Below are positions 1-11,292 of a stretch of 64,000 nucleotides of DNA, piece by piece. The stretch spans positions 2,144,001 to 2,208,000 of the forward strand of contig OZ220744.1 in NCBI GenBank assembly GCA_965116925.1, in the 5' to 3' direction. Within the stretch, counting starts at the first letter, position 1. Every line of letters begins with the position of its first letter. The notes below the pieces were generated by a model. That model had not been told where the DNA came from and did no database searches. It was given only the letters and a program-made list of their open reading frames with translations. The position numbers and the translations under genes were made by a program. This DNA comes from Candidatus Poribacteria bacterium. GTDB taxonomy: Bacteria > Poribacteria > WGA-4E > PCPOR2b.

Positions 1-2
1 AT

Positions 3-689
3 GTTCTCCACCGAGATGCCCAGACGCTGTTAGGGACTACGGTTGGGGAAAATCTCGCTGCGGTGCCTCAGCCGGCAGCGTGGCAGGATGTCATCAAGCC
101 CAGAACGGCACCGCTGTTTGAGTCCGGTACGCTTGCCAGCCTCTATGGGAACTTAGCACCTCAAGGAGCGGTGATTAAACGTTCGGCTGCCTCGCCCAAT
201 CTACTGACACATCGGGGTCCGGCGGTCGTCTTTAAGTCGTTGGAAGATCTACACAATCGTATTGATGATCCCAATTTGCCGGTTACTAAAGATCATGTCA
301 TCGTTCTGCAGAACGCGGGCCCGATCGGTGGACCGGGGATGCCGGAGGCAGGCTATCTCCCGATCCCGAAAAAACTCTTGCGGGCTGGCGTTAAAGATAT
401 GGTTCGCATCTCCGACGCTCGGATGAGTGGGACAGCGTTCGGCACGATTGTGCTTCACATCGCTCCTGAAGCGGCTATCGGTGGACCGCTGGCGTTGGTG
501 GAGGATGGCGATCTGATTGAGTTGGATGTCCCAAACAAACGGTTGGAACTGCGCGTTGATGACGCAGTATTGGCAAAGCGGAGGGAGCGGCTCGTCCTTC
601 CTGAACCGTACTTCCAGCGGGGCTATGGGTTGCTATACACCCAGCACATCGAACAGGCACATTTGGGCTGTGATTTTGATTTCCTTTAG
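3..689 (+). CDS. Dihydroxy-acid/sugar-acid dehydratase (IlvD/Edd family), C-terminal part; runs in from the window start
   Basis: GNLAPQGAVIK, GPIGGPGMPE, ISDARMSGT and HIAPEAAIGGPLALV motifs; the frame is open from position 3. Confidence 0.9.
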   Translation, partial: VLHRDAQTLLGTTVGENLAAVPQPAAWQDVIKPRTAPLFESGTLASLYGNLAPQGAVIKRSAASPNLLTHRGPAVVFKSLEDLHNRIDDPNLPVTKDHVIVLQNAGPIGGPGMPEAGYLPIPKKLLRAGVKDMVRISDARMSGTAFGTIVLHIAPEAAIGGPLALVEDGDLIELDVPNKRLELRVDDAVLAKRRERLVLPEPYFQRGYGLLYTQHIEQAHLGCDFDFL

Positions 690-704
690 TCATACCTTTG
701 CTAT

Positions 705-812
705 TATAGTGGATCTTAGAATTGATGAGACACCCAAAATCGGCGCAGTTGCAAACAGCGCCTACCAAACATGGGGAGCGAAAGCGTTCATTTATTTTTT
801 GAATTCACTATA
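705..812 (+). mobile_element. 108-bp MITE (family A, TATAGT...ACTATA ends), copy 1
   Basis: Imperfect TIRs TATAGTGGATCTTAGAA / TTTTTGAATTCACTATA; close copy at 52415-52522. Confidence 0.8.
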
Positions 813-835
813 AATTATTGGAGGAGAAAAGCAAA

Positions 836-1204
836 ATGCTTGAAGAACAGTATCAAAAAGGTGTTGAACAGTTTTCAAAAATGGTTGGCACGAATAAAAT
901 AGACGAATTGAGGGAGAAATTTAGGTCGTTATCTCCGGATTTTGAAAGGTGTGTGATGGGAGTTGTTGGTGGTGAGATTTGGAGCCGTCCCAACTTAGAT
1001 TTAAGAACACGGAGTCTTTGTAGCATTGCGATTTTAGCGGCGTTGGGCCGAGTGAATGCCCTAGAACTGAACGTTCAAATGGCATTGAATAACGGTGCAA
1101 CGAAGGCTGAAATCGTTGAGGTCTTTTTTCAGGTTGCCGCGTATGCTGGTTTTGCGGCGGCATGGGACGGGTTGGAAAAAGTCAATGAGATCTTCAAAGG
1201 ATAG
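836..1204 (+). CDS. Carboxymuconolactone decarboxylase family protein
   Basis: GEIWSRPNLDLRTRSL...ALNNGATKAEIVEV...YAGF; GGAGGAG RBS upstream of ATG 836. Confidence 0.85.
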   Translation: MLEEQYQKGVEQFSKMVGTNKIDELREKFRSLSPDFERCVMGVVGGEIWSRPNLDLRTRSLCSIAILAALGRVNALELNVQMALNNGATKAEIVEVFFQVAAYAGFAAAWDGLEKVNEIFKG

Positions 1205-1234
1205 GTTACCTATTTTTAAGGAAGGGGAATTTTG

Positions 1235-2392
1235 ATGAGCCAACCAATTCGTGTTACGATCCTCGGTCTTGGACAGCGTGGACTTCAGCATTTGAAAGCC
1301 CTTTGGAAACTCCAAGGCGAGGGGCTTGCCAAAATTGCTGCGTTAATTGACGTTTTTGAGGACAACCTTGCGGAGGCGAAGATCCAGAAATATGTAGAGG
1401 GATTTCAGATTGATGGCATCCACACCTCAACAGATTTCGGGGAAACTCTCGCAGAATTATCATTAGATGCGATCTATTTCGCCTTACCGCCGGGGGTACA
1501 CAACGGCGAAATCATTCAAGCCGCGAATGCGGGGGTGCACATTTTCGCTGAAAAGCCGATGAGCCTATATCTGAATGAAGCCATTGAAATGGAGCGTACG
1601 ATACAGGGGAACGGCGTTATTTCCACAGCAGGGTTCCAACAGCGGTACGATGCGCGTTATGAAGCTGTCCACGACTTTCTCGCTGATAAACAGCCTGTAA
1701 TGACCACCATGATAGTCAACGGTGCGCTTGAGGGCCATTCAATCAAGCATACCAAAACTGAAACATTGGGGGGACCCGCCAATCGTGTCTGGACGGCAAA
1801 CTACGAGTGGTCTGGGGCGACCGTTGTGGAAGGGGGTATTCACCAAACAGACCTGATGCGGTATTGGTTTGGCGACATCTCATGGGTTGAGGCGAATTAT
1901 ATCCATCGTGACGCATCGGATATCATTGATGGTGGGAATAATCCGTATGCCTACAGTGTGAGATACGGCTTTGAATGTGGCTGCATTGCCAATCTCATCC
2001 TGTCCCGTCTGCGCCAAACCTACTATAGCGATGGCTACGAGAGTATACTCTGGACGCACGGACATCTGAAGCTTGAGGGGAATGATGTGGTTGCTTACTA
2101 CTACGATGGTCCATATCCACCAGCGCAAACACCGTCTCAGGAAGCGGTTCGACATGTCCTTCCGCTGCCCCACGGTGTCGATTCAACAGAGCAGATCAGC
2201 CGCGCTTTTCTCAGCGCGGTTGGCGCAGGCAATTCGGATCAACTTCGGAGTACCTTTGCGAGCAGCATGAATAGCCTTGCCGCGGTTCTTGGTGCGAACG
2301 TCTCTGATCAACTTGGGGGAGAGCGCGTATATCTGAAGGATTTTCTGGTTGATGCGAAGTATGATCGTTTCCGCCAAAAGCCTGCTGGATGA
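1235..2392 (+). CDS. Gfo/Idh/MocA oxidoreductase
   Basis: ILGLGQRG Rossmann motif, HIFAEKPM, GIHQTD. Confidence 0.85.
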   Translation: MSQPIRVTILGLGQRGLQHLKALWKLQGEGLAKIAALIDVFEDNLAEAKIQKYVEGFQIDGIHTSTDFGETLAELSLDAIYFALPPGVHNGEIIQAANAGVHIFAEKPMSLYLNEAIEMERTIQGNGVISTAGFQQRYDARYEAVHDFLADKQPVMTTMIVNGALEGHSIKHTKTETLGGPANRVWTANYEWSGATVVEGGIHQTDLMRYWFGDISWVEANYIHRDASDIIDGGNNPYAYSVRYGFECGCIANLILSRLRQTYYSDGYESILWTHGHLKLEGNDVVAYYYDGPYPPAQTPSQEAVRHVLPLPHGVDSTEQISRAFLSAVGAGNSDQLRSTFASSMNSLAAVLGANVSDQLGGERVYLKDFLVDAKYDRFRQKPAG

Positions 2393-2551
2393 CAAGAAAA
2401 AAGGCATATACATTTACTCAATCGAATGTCTGTCGATTATCCATGAGAAATATATATGCCTTCTAATTTAGATGTGGATGGCAAAATATGCCAGTGCCAC
2501 TACAATCACTGTTGCAACGCTAATCAGGTCCCCGTTCCGAGGATTCTTGAC

Positions 2552-2752
2552 CTATCGTTGTCTAGAGTGAAAAGTGCGAATTTTATTTTTCCGTTGCCGT
2601 TTTAGTTCTAGGCGGCGTCGTTTTTCGCTCGGCTTCTCGTAGAAGCTGCGTCGTCTAATTTCCGTGACGATACCCGCCTTGCCGCAAATCTTCTTGAAGC
2701 GAGCAAGAGCTCTATCAAGTGTTTCGTCCGGTTCTACTCTAACATGGATCAT
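2552..2752 (-). CDS. rpsU: 30S ribosomal protein S21
   Basis: ETLDRALARFKK...EIRRRSFYEKPSEKRRR. Confidence 0.95.
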   Translation of the reverse strand: MIHVRVEPDETLDRALARFKKICGKAGIVTEIRRRSFYEKPSEKRRRLELKRQRKNKIRTFHSRQR

Positions 2753-2798
2753 TGTATCAAACCTATCCCCCTTTCGACGCTTGGGATTTTAGTAACTG

Positions 2799-2873
2799 CA
2801 AGACTTACACATTTCAGCATAGATGGCGCGGGGAAACCAGATGCCCCGCCTACGGTTGGCTGCGTAAGTCCTA
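2799..2873. repeat. Small element bounded by (T)AGGACTTACGCA-type inverted repeats, enclosing a GTAG-REP-like hairpin
   Basis: CAAGACTTACACA...TGCGTAAGTCCTA; the same end motif recurs near 3043, 7172 and 13427. Confidence 0.55.
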
Positions 2874-3222
2874 ACTAGTAACAGGTTGTGCAGAAAGTGT
2901 AATGCAGATAATCATGAATGCAAAATATTCTGAGTACCTGTCTTACCAAAATCTCAAATACGGTTTCTTAAAGTTCTGTTTCCTATTATACCAACTTATT
3001 TCCTGATTCTCAACAGAAAAATTCGATACAGGCAATATTAATTAGGAGTTACGCCCTTCAGTCCCGATTTTATCGGGATTCTATGAATGAAACGTGAAAC
3101 GTAATAAATGAATCACTGAACGTATGATGGGCATTGGGCTTCGTTTGCTTATCCGTGTTTTCCGCTGAACCCGTGATTTAGACAATAATTATACACACCT
3201 ATCGCGCGCTGTTCTAGGTGGT

Positions 3223-3246
3223 GTCGATTTTGGAAAATCGACCTAC
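3223..3246 (-). repeat. GTAG-REP-like palindrome GTAGGTCGATTTTCCAAAATCGAC
   Basis: Identical copy at 8321-8344. Confidence 0.75.
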
Positions 3247-3260
3247 AGAAGTTTTTATCC

Positions 3261-3363
3261 AGTTGGGTTTCACTGTATTTATTTCTAAGAGACCGTTGTT
3301 GAAAATCAGAATCGCTATTGCGGTTGATAGGGATTTGCATTTAACCGTTCAACCCAACCTACG
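3261..3363 (+). repeat. 103-bp dispersed repeat (family B), copy 1
   Basis: AGTTGGGTTTCACT...TAACCGTTCAACCCAACCTACG ends; further copies at 4551-4653 and 8787-8888. Confidence 0.8.
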
Positions 3364-3407
3364 TGGCCGTCAGATGTCAACAGAACCTTATCACTGAGGA
3401 GTATAAC

Positions 3408-4394
3408 ATGGCACTAAAATGGGGAGTGCTTGGCGCGGGAAGCGTTGCACAACGCCGGGCTATGCCGGCGATAACGAAAGCTGGAGATGCAGAACTCCAT
3501 GCTCTTCTTTCTAGAGATGCAGAACGTGCCCAGCGGCTTGCGATAGAGTATGGTGCAAAGAAATATTACACAACGGTCGATGAACTTTTGTCAGACGAAG
3601 TGTTGGATGCGATTTATGTATCTACGCCTGTGTATCTACATTGTGAGCAGGTCATCGCAGCTGCGGAACGCGGTTTCCATGTCCTCTGTGATAAACCGAT
3701 GGGGATGAATACGGCGGAGTGCCAACGGATGATCGATGCGTGCCAAGCCAACGGTGTACATCTGCAAATTTGCTTCCTGTTTCGTTTCCACTCCTGTTTT
3801 CAGGGGATAAAAAGCTGGGTGGTTGAGGGACGTTTGGGGCAAATTGTTCAAGGACGAGTGCCGTTTCTGAAGCCTTTTCCGGTTCCGCCGGGGGCGTGGC
3901 GTGGTAATCCAGATCAGGGCGGCGGTGGCTCGCTGATGGATCTCGGGTCGCACGGAGTTGATCTCTTACGTTATATCCTCGGCGAAGTGAGTCAGGTAAG
4001 TGCATTCTGTAATAGTGTGGTCCATGGGTACGATGTTGAAGAGACCGGGACGATTATGATGCGTTTTGAGAACGGTGCTCAGGGATTTGTTGACACTAGT
4101 TTCGCTGCTGCGGGGGGCGACCTTGTCATCGAAATATACGGCACCGATGGGTGGGTGTGGGTCTACAATGACGATGGTTGGAAGATTAAACTCTCCGTCA
4201 ACGGTGAATCGCAGATTATTGACTCTCAATTTGAAGATCTCTACCAATTGCAATTTGAGCATTTTGCACGGTGTGTTACGGAGAGAGAACAGCCGATTGT
4301 AACGGGGGTGGATGGGCTGCGGACCAATGAGATTCTCGCAGCTGCCTACGAATCGGATCGAACAGGAAAAGCTATTTCGTGTTCGGTGGACTAG
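3408..4394 (+). CDS. Gfo/Idh/MocA oxidoreductase
   Basis: WGVLGAGSVA, HVLCDKPM, GGGSLMDLGSHGVD; GAGGAG RBS before ATG 3408. Confidence 0.9.
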   Translation: MALKWGVLGAGSVAQRRAMPAITKAGDAELHALLSRDAERAQRLAIEYGAKKYYTTVDELLSDEVLDAIYVSTPVYLHCEQVIAAAERGFHVLCDKPMGMNTAECQRMIDACQANGVHLQICFLFRFHSCFQGIKSWVVEGRLGQIVQGRVPFLKPFPVPPGAWRGNPDQGGGGSLMDLGSHGVDLLRYILGEVSQVSAFCNSVVHGYDVEETGTIMMRFENGAQGFVDTSFAAAGGDLVIEIYGTDGWVWVYNDDGWKIKLSVNGESQIIDSQFEDLYQLQFEHFARCVTEREQPIVTGVDGLRTNEILAAAYESDRTGKAISCSVD

Positions 4395-4550
4395 GGCGTG
4401 TTGACATTCTGATGCTGCTCATTCGGCAAACGCTGTAACCATCGGAGGACTTGGCATAAGTAGATGGGATCACAATCTAACAGATCGTGGTACAAAAGAC
4501 CGCTTTTATGAAATAAGTTTTTGCAAAGGAGCCGTCTTGATAAAAAACGG

Positions 4551-4653
4551 AGTTGGGTTTCACTCTATTTGTCCATAAGGAGGTGTTGTTGGGCAACCGA
4601 GCCTCTATTGGACTTGATAGAGATTGCCGTTTAACCGTTCAACCCAACCTACG
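4551..4653 (+). repeat. 103-bp dispersed repeat (family B), copy 2
   Basis: Same ends and length as 3261-3363. Confidence 0.8.
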
Positions 4654-4806
4654 GACTATCAATCAACAGAATCCAGTCAAATGGTTGAAAGAGCGCAGCG
4701 ACAAAATGACACGCTAATGACAAACATAAAGCCGTGATGACATTTTGTCTCGGTTTTAAGGGTGTCAAATTGTCATTGTAGGGCGAATAACCCAGTAATA
4801 GCGGGG

Positions 4807-4822
4807 TGGCATATCTATTGCA
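4807..4822 (+). promoter_or_regulatory. sigma54 (-24/-12) promoter of groESL
   Basis: TGGCAT-ATCTA-TTGCA matches TGGCAC-N5-TTGCW; about 60 bp upstream of groES. Confidence 0.75.
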
Positions 4823-4882
4823 TATTATCTATGTGTTGTATCAGACTATTGATTCAAACCTTAACGAAAAGGAGACTAAGAT

Positions 4883-5173
4883 ATGGCACTCACGCCGTTA
4901 GGCGATCGGATTTTAATCCGACGCACTGAAGAAGATGAGCAGACAACCAGTGGCGGGATTATTATCCCTGACACTGCGAAAGAGAAACCTCAAGAAGGCG
5001 AAGTTATCGCTGTTGGGCAAGGTCGCTTGCTTGATAATGGCGATCGGCAACCCGTTGACGTTGCAGCTGGAGACAAAATTCTATTTGGGAAATACTCTGG
5101 CACAGAAGTGACGTATGAAAATGAAGAGCTGCTGATTCTACGCGAAGATGATATCTTGGCAAAGATTAGCTAA
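4883..5173 (+). CDS. groES: Co-chaperonin GroES
   Basis: PLGDRILI...[23 protein letters not shown]...GKYSGTEV. Confidence 0.98.
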   Translation: MALTPLGDRILIRRTEEDEQTTSGGIIIPDTAKEKPQEGEVIAVGQGRLLDNGDRQPVDVAAGDKILFGKYSGTEVTYENEELLILREDDILAKIS

Positions 5174-6840
<1,667 letters not shown>

Positions 6841-6841
<1 letters not shown>

Positions 6842-7032
6842 TCAATGGTGCTAGTTTGCCACTGTTGATAGCGTAACACGTGAAACGTGATGCGTGATAC
6901 GTGAAAATCATTTGTTCATCGGTTCATTAGTTCATTCATGAATTTGTGAACCGATGAACGTCCCGATAAATCGGGATCCAAAGCGACTTGAAGGGTGTGG
7001 AAACGGCATTCTCACCAACTCGCATCAAAGGT
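6841..7032 (+). mobile_element. Composite MITE (family G), copy 1, lying between the groEL stop and its terminator
   Basis: Ends ATCAATGGTGCTAGTT / CAACTCGCATCAAAGGT; both ends align with 11039-11292 in inverted orientation. Confidence 0.7.
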
Positions 7033-7060
7033 GATTAAACACTTGAAATTATAGGTAGAT

Positions 7061-7099
7061 ATGGAGGGCAGAGATTTTCTTTGCCCTCCATTTTTTTTT
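7061..7099 (+). terminator. Rho-independent terminator of groESL
   Basis: ATGGAGGGCAGAG-loop-CTTTGCCCTCCAT stem followed by a T run. Confidence 0.85.
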
Positions 7100-7321
7100 A
7101 TGAGACTTGTGCAGCTGATATAATGTTCTATATTTAACGCAAAGACGCTATGACGCAAGGTTTTTACTTTGTTAGGACTTACGTGTGGTTGAGCGTTCAA
7201 AATCTTGTTGCTTCGACGATTTATTGCCAAAAAACACAACTCCCGATTCCGTTGCGTTGGAATGATGTTCCGATGTTGTTGGATCATTCCAATTCCTACA
7301 ACACGATAGATTCACGGTTTC

Positions 7322-7349
7322 GTAGGGAACGCAGATCTGCGTTCCCTAC
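7322..7349. repeat. 28-bp perfect palindrome GTAGGGAACGCAGATCTGCGTTCCCTAC (REP-like)
   Basis: Identical at 13449-13476; variant with compensatory changes at 49485-49512. Confidence 0.85.
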
Positions 7350-7386
7350 AGAATATATTATCTCCTACTAAAAGAGACTCAACGAC

Positions 7387-8181
7387 ATGCGCCTATCATG
7401 GAATGAAATCCGTGCCCGCGCCGCTGCATTCGCTCAGAAATGGGCGGATGCAGGCTACGAAAAAGGGGAGACCCAACTTTTCTACCGCGACTTTTTCGCC
7501 ATCTTTGACGTATCCGTGCGCCGGATTGCCTCGTTTGAAGAACACGTTAAACTACTCGACAATAGGCACGGCTTTATTGACCTGTTTTGGAAAGGGGTGC
7601 TCCTTGTTGAGCAAAAAAGTGCGGGGCTCAATCTAGCAGAAGCCAAAACTCAAGCATTCTCTTACTTTTCCGGTCTCAAGGACGCTGACCTACCCCGCTA
7701 CCTCCTCCTGAGCGATTTCCAGACCTTTGAGTTATACGACCTCGACGAAGACGAAAGCGTTGCTTTTACCCTCCCTGAGCTGCCCCAACACGTCGAAAAG
7801 TTCAGTTTTATCTTGGGCGTACAGAAGCGATCCTTCAGGGATCAGGATCCGGTCAATATCGAAGCCTCCGAGCGTGTTGGGCAACTACCTCCTGTTCCTG
7901 CGGAACGGTTGGAACGCCTTGAACCTTACGCTGACGCTGTCTTCACCGCTCGCGCTGCCTACCCCGACGCAACCTTAGCCGATCTCTACGATCCGGATCT
8001 CATGCCGGTCGATCTCCGCAGGGCACATCGCGCCTTGGACGGTGCCGTTGATAAGCTCTACCGACGCTCTCCATTTTCATCTGACCGTGAGCGGGTTGAA
8101 CACCTGCTCGGTTTGTACGAAAAAATGATGGTGCCGTTAGCGGCAAACAACAAACCAAAAAGGAGACGACGGCGGAGATAG
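7387..8181 (+). CDS. MmeI-like type IIL R-M protein with a large in-frame internal deletion (N-terminal nuclease region fused to the C-terminal domain); possible pseudogene
   Basis: MRLSWNEIRARA..GFIDLFWKGVLLVEQKS..DPVNIEAS (MmeI-family N-terminus) joined to ARAAYPDATLADLYDPDLMP..AHRALD.AVDKLY (C-terminus); no methyltransferase motifs. Confidence 0.85.
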   Translation: MRLSWNEIRARAAAFAQKWADAGYEKGETQLFYRDFFAIFDVSVRRIASFEEHVKLLDNRHGFIDLFWKGVLLVEQKSAGLNLAEAKTQAFSYFSGLKDADLPRYLLLSDFQTFELYDLDEDESVAFTLPELPQHVEKFSFILGVQKRSFRDQDPVNIEASERVGQLPPVPAERLERLEPYADAVFTARAAYPDATLADLYDPDLMPVDLRRAHRALDGAVDKLYRRSPFSSDRERVEHLLGLYEKMMVPLAANNKPKRRRRRR

Positions 8182-8289
8182 TGGGGAAAATTGGGGCACC
8201 GATTGCTAGGAGCATGTGTCGGGCAAGATGCCCGACCTACGGGTGTTGGTCTCAATCCCGATAAATTGGGGTTTCGCTATGCTCAACCT

Positions 8290-8344
8290 GTAGGTCGAGA
8301 TTCATATCTCGACACAGCATGTCGATTTTGGAAAATCGACCTAC
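8290..8344. repeat. REPIN-like doublet of two inverted GTAG-REP hairpins
   Basis: GTAGGTCGAGATTCATATCTCGAC (also at 28502-28525), a 7-bp spacer, then GTCGATTTTGGAAAATCGACCTAC. Confidence 0.7.
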
Positions 8345-8391
8345 TTAAAATGCTCTTTTTAATTTCAACTATTTTTTTAGGAGGTACGAAG

Positions 8392-8754
8392 ATGAGATAT
8401 TTACTGATTCTTGCTCTGCTGTTTCTGTCAGCTTGCGGTGTGGAAAATCCATTCTCTTCACTTGTTGACGAAGAGGAGCATATTGAAATTATCACGATTG
8501 GTCCTTACATCAAGCGGTGTCAGGGATTTATTGAGCAGGATTGCTATCTTGAGTACAATGAGGATTCAGCGCGCTGGGAGTTCTTTTACGAGAGTATTCG
8601 GGGCTTTGATTTTGAGCCGGGATTTATCTACACGCTTGAGGTCAGGTTGGAAGATCGGGGTACGGAGATACAGGATGTGGGACGATATGCCTATCACCTT
8701 GTTAAAGTAGTCGAAAAGAAAAAAGCCCCTGAAGATTTTAGTTACGGTTGGTAG
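8392..8754 (+). CDS. DUF4377-domain lipoprotein
   Basis: Lipobox LSAC; C.G...Q.C...WEFFYESIRGFDFEPGFIYTLEV..DVGRYAYHL; AGGAGGT RBS. Confidence 0.8.
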   Translation: MRYLLILALLFLSACGVENPFSSLVDEEEHIEIITIGPYIKRCQGFIEQDCYLEYNEDSARWEFFYESIRGFDFEPGFIYTLEVRLEDRGTEIQDVGRYAYHLVKVVEKKKAPEDFSYGW

Positions 8755-8786
8755 GGTTTAGCGGAGGATGGTATGTAGTTGGATTA

Positions 8787-8888
8787 AGTTGGGTTTCACT
8801 CCGCCTATATTGAAAAGACTGTTTTTAAGGATCGAACCTTTATTGTCGCTGACGGGAATTCACGTGTAACCGTTCAACCCAACCTACG
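8787..8888 (+). repeat. 102-bp dispersed repeat (family B), copy 3
   Basis: Same conserved ends as 3261-3363. Confidence 0.75.
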
Positions 8889-8911
8889 CGCATTAGTGTA
8901 TGATTTGTGCC

Positions 8912-11020
8912 TTATTCCAATTCATCACGGTGATTCCAAGCGAGAGGTTGTCCTAGAAGATGATGACAGAACCATTTCAGGTTTTGCGACATCACCGCCC
9001 GGGCAGCTCGTGGAGTTTCGTTAGGTACACCGTGCCCCATGTTAGGATAGCGGAAAAGTTCGACGGGAACCCCTTGGGCTTCAAGTTGGCTATACAATTC
9101 TTGTGCGTTTGCAAAATGCACAATTGAATCGGCGTCACCGTGTTGAACTAGGGTTGGTGTCTTTTTAATACTGTCAGCAGTTGCGGGAGATGCCTGTTGA
9201 TAGCTTTCCGGGATTGCATAGGGAAACCCTCCAAGCACCTTTTCTGGAAAACGGTGGAAATCGGACGTCGCGTGATACGTTGTCCAGTTGGTGATGCCCG
9301 CTCCAACACTCACAGCAGCAAAACGATCTGAGTGCATGCCCACAAAAGCAGCCACAAAACCACCGTGGCTCCAGCCTGCACAGCCAACGTGTTCTGGATC
9401 CACATAGCCTTGTTCAATCAGATAATCGACACCACTTTCTACATCCCACAATTCGCCCCTGCCTACGTTACCGTGACTTAATTCAAGAAATGTGTGACCA
9501 CGCCCATCCGACCCCCGATAATTTGGTTTGAGTATCAGAATTCCGCGAGCTAGGAACTGAAGTGTTGGGTAGAACCAACGATCCTCCCAGTCAAGCCGAA
9601 GTTGTAGGGACGCAGTGGCTGGACCGCCGTGCACCACCACGATGAGCGGATATTTTAGAGTTGGATCAAAATCCGTGGGTTTGAATAGAACCCCCTCGAT
9701 TTCTGTGTTGTCGCGGCTTTTCCAGTTAATGACCTCTCTTGTCCCCCAATCCCAGTCCTTGCATAAAGAGTTAAAAGCCGTGATTTGCTGTGTTTCTAGG
9801 GGCGGGGATATTGTCTGTATGGACGAAGATGGAGTAGGAGAACATTCTGTTTTGGGAACAACAACGACTTCCGGAACGTTGTGTGCTCCACCCGCTGCGA
9901 ATGTTAGGGTTCCTACTTTGGAAATATCGAAACAGGTTGGTGGCGTGCAGAGTGGATAAATATCTCCAAAATTAAGGGTTTCCAATTGACTAGACACATC
10001 AAGTCGAGCGAGGCGTGATATGGTTCCGTCGATGTAGTGAAGGTAAATGCCTTGCTCATGCCATCTCGCGGCGAGAATTTGTGATTCAAAATGGGTTGTG
10101 AGACAACGTAGGTCTGATATTGAGGCATCCGGGGATAGCGAATGTGTCCAGAGGGCCCAAGGCTCGTTAGAAAAGAACTCAGAACGTCCCCCGTTCCAGT
10201 TAAGTAGAAGTGTCCGTCCGCCAGGAGCCACATCCATAACGGCTGCGTTTGAAGGTAAATCTAGCTGGTCCCAGGAAAGTTCCGCTTTCTCTTTCGCCTC
10301 AGAGGCTGCGATGAGTGCGAGTTCTCTTGGGCTTACGGAAAGCCTCCAGACACAAATCGCGTCGGGGTCATGTTGAAACTGACAATTCAGATAAAGGGTA
10401 TTGACCGACAGACAGAGATCACGTATCCGCAGAGAAGAATCCAATCCATCTGTTAATCTTAAGGCGTTGGGTGCATTGGTTGAAGGGAGGTTCATGGAGA
10501 CTTTTTCGTATACGCCGACGTTAGGCAAATCTATGTAGAAGAGTTGTGTTGTTCGTGGTTCTTGACCAACATGGACGTAAGACCCGTACCGCTGTTCTCG
10601 TTTAACGGTTTGATTACTTGGATCGCTATCGGCATGATAGATGATACCGTTGCCATAGCACCAAAACTTTTCAATACCGTGCGGCACAAACGTGATTTGC
10701 ATACCAGAAGTATCAGCGGGGTTAAAGAGCCATATCTGTGATTTATTGCCAAGACACTCTGAACCTTTTGAGTCACGATGCAATACCACAAGCGTGTTGT
10801 CATTCAACCAGCGGGGCTGCCATGTATTCTCTGCTATCTTTCGTGTTTCGTTTCGATTAATGTTGTGAAGGAAGCACGTCAGCACGTACCTGTTTTCTGC
10901 CCAATCCGCAGTTCGCACCACATAGGCAACATATTCGCCGCCCGGGGCAATAGTAACCTCAGTGATGAAGGGAAAGGAGATTGTGTCAGTAAGGGTCGGT
11001 GTGTGTCGATGTACTTTCAT
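8912..11020 (-). CDS. S9 family (prolyl oligopeptidase/acylaminoacyl) peptidase
   Basis: VHGGP, PNYRGS.G.G, nucleophile motif GWSHGG, QHGDAD and MGHG triad motifs. Confidence 0.92.
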   Translation of the reverse strand: MKVHRHTPTLTDTISFPFITEVTIAPGGEYVAYVVRTADWAENRYVLTCFLHNINRNETRKIAENTWQPRWLNDNTLVVLHRDSKGSECLGNKSQIWLFNPADTSGMQITFVPHGIEKFWCYGNGIIYHADSDPSNQTVKREQRYGSYVHVGQEPRTTQLFYIDLPNVGVYEKVSMNLPSTNAPNALRLTDGLDSSLRIRDLCLSVNTLYLNCQFQHDPDAICVWRLSVSPRELALIAASEAKEKAELSWDQLDLPSNAAVMDVAPGGRTLLLNWNGGRSEFFSNEPWALWTHSLSPDASISDLRCLTTHFESQILAARWHEQGIYLHYIDGTISRLARLDVSSQLETLNFGDIYPLCTPPTCFDISKVGTLTFAAGGAHNVPEVVVVPKTECSPTPSSSIQTISPPLETQQITAFNSLCKDWDWGTREVINWKSRDNTEIEGVLFKPTDFDPTLKYPLIVVVHGGPATASLQLRLDWEDRWFYPTLQFLARGILILKPNYRGSDGRGHTFLELSHGNVGRGELWDVESGVDYLIEQGYVDPEHVGCAGWSHGGFVAAFVGMHSDRFAAVSVGAGITNWTTYHATSDFHRFPEKVLGGFPYAIPESYQQASPATADSIKKTPTLVQHGDADSIVHFANAQELYSQLEAQGVPVELFRYPNMGHGVPNETPRAARAVMSQNLKWFCHHLLGQPLAWNHRDELE

Positions 11021-11038
11021 ATCAAAAGCCTTTCTCTA

Positions 11039-11292
11039 ACCTTTGGTGCTGGCTAGTGGAAAAGTCGTTTCCATATTATTCAAGAATTTATTGATTCATT
11101 AGTTGGTTGGTTCATCCATTCTTCTTGCGTTCCACCCTTGGGATACACATGTCGCCCCGCTGGGCTTTCGGGTATTTGTTTATCTATGTGCTATAAACAT
11201 GTCGCCCCTCTGGGGCTAAATGAAGCGATGAACCAATGCTTTTCACGTTTCACGCATCACGTTATCAACAGCTGCAAACTAGCACTATTGGT
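11039..11292 (-). mobile_element. Composite MITE (family G), copy 2, with 6-bp TSD TCTCTA
   Basis: TIRs ACCTTTGGTGCTGG / CTAGCACTATTGGT; TCTCTA at 11033-11038 and 11293-11298. Confidence 0.72.

Noticed and set aside
4660..4882. CIRCE element upstream of groES
   Set aside because: No TTAGCACTC-N9-GAGTGCTAA found
8191..8391. N-terminal extensions of ORF-track proteins at 8191, 28472, 52481 and 3363
   Set aside because: They run through REP/MITE or intergenic sequence; better RBS-ATG starts lie downstream
11147..11217. Two roughly 21-bp direct repeats with a 50-bp period, resembling a mini-CRISPR
   Set aside because: Only two units, a third isolated copy at 16476-16498, nested inside a MITE, and no cas genes; treated as a dispersed repeat
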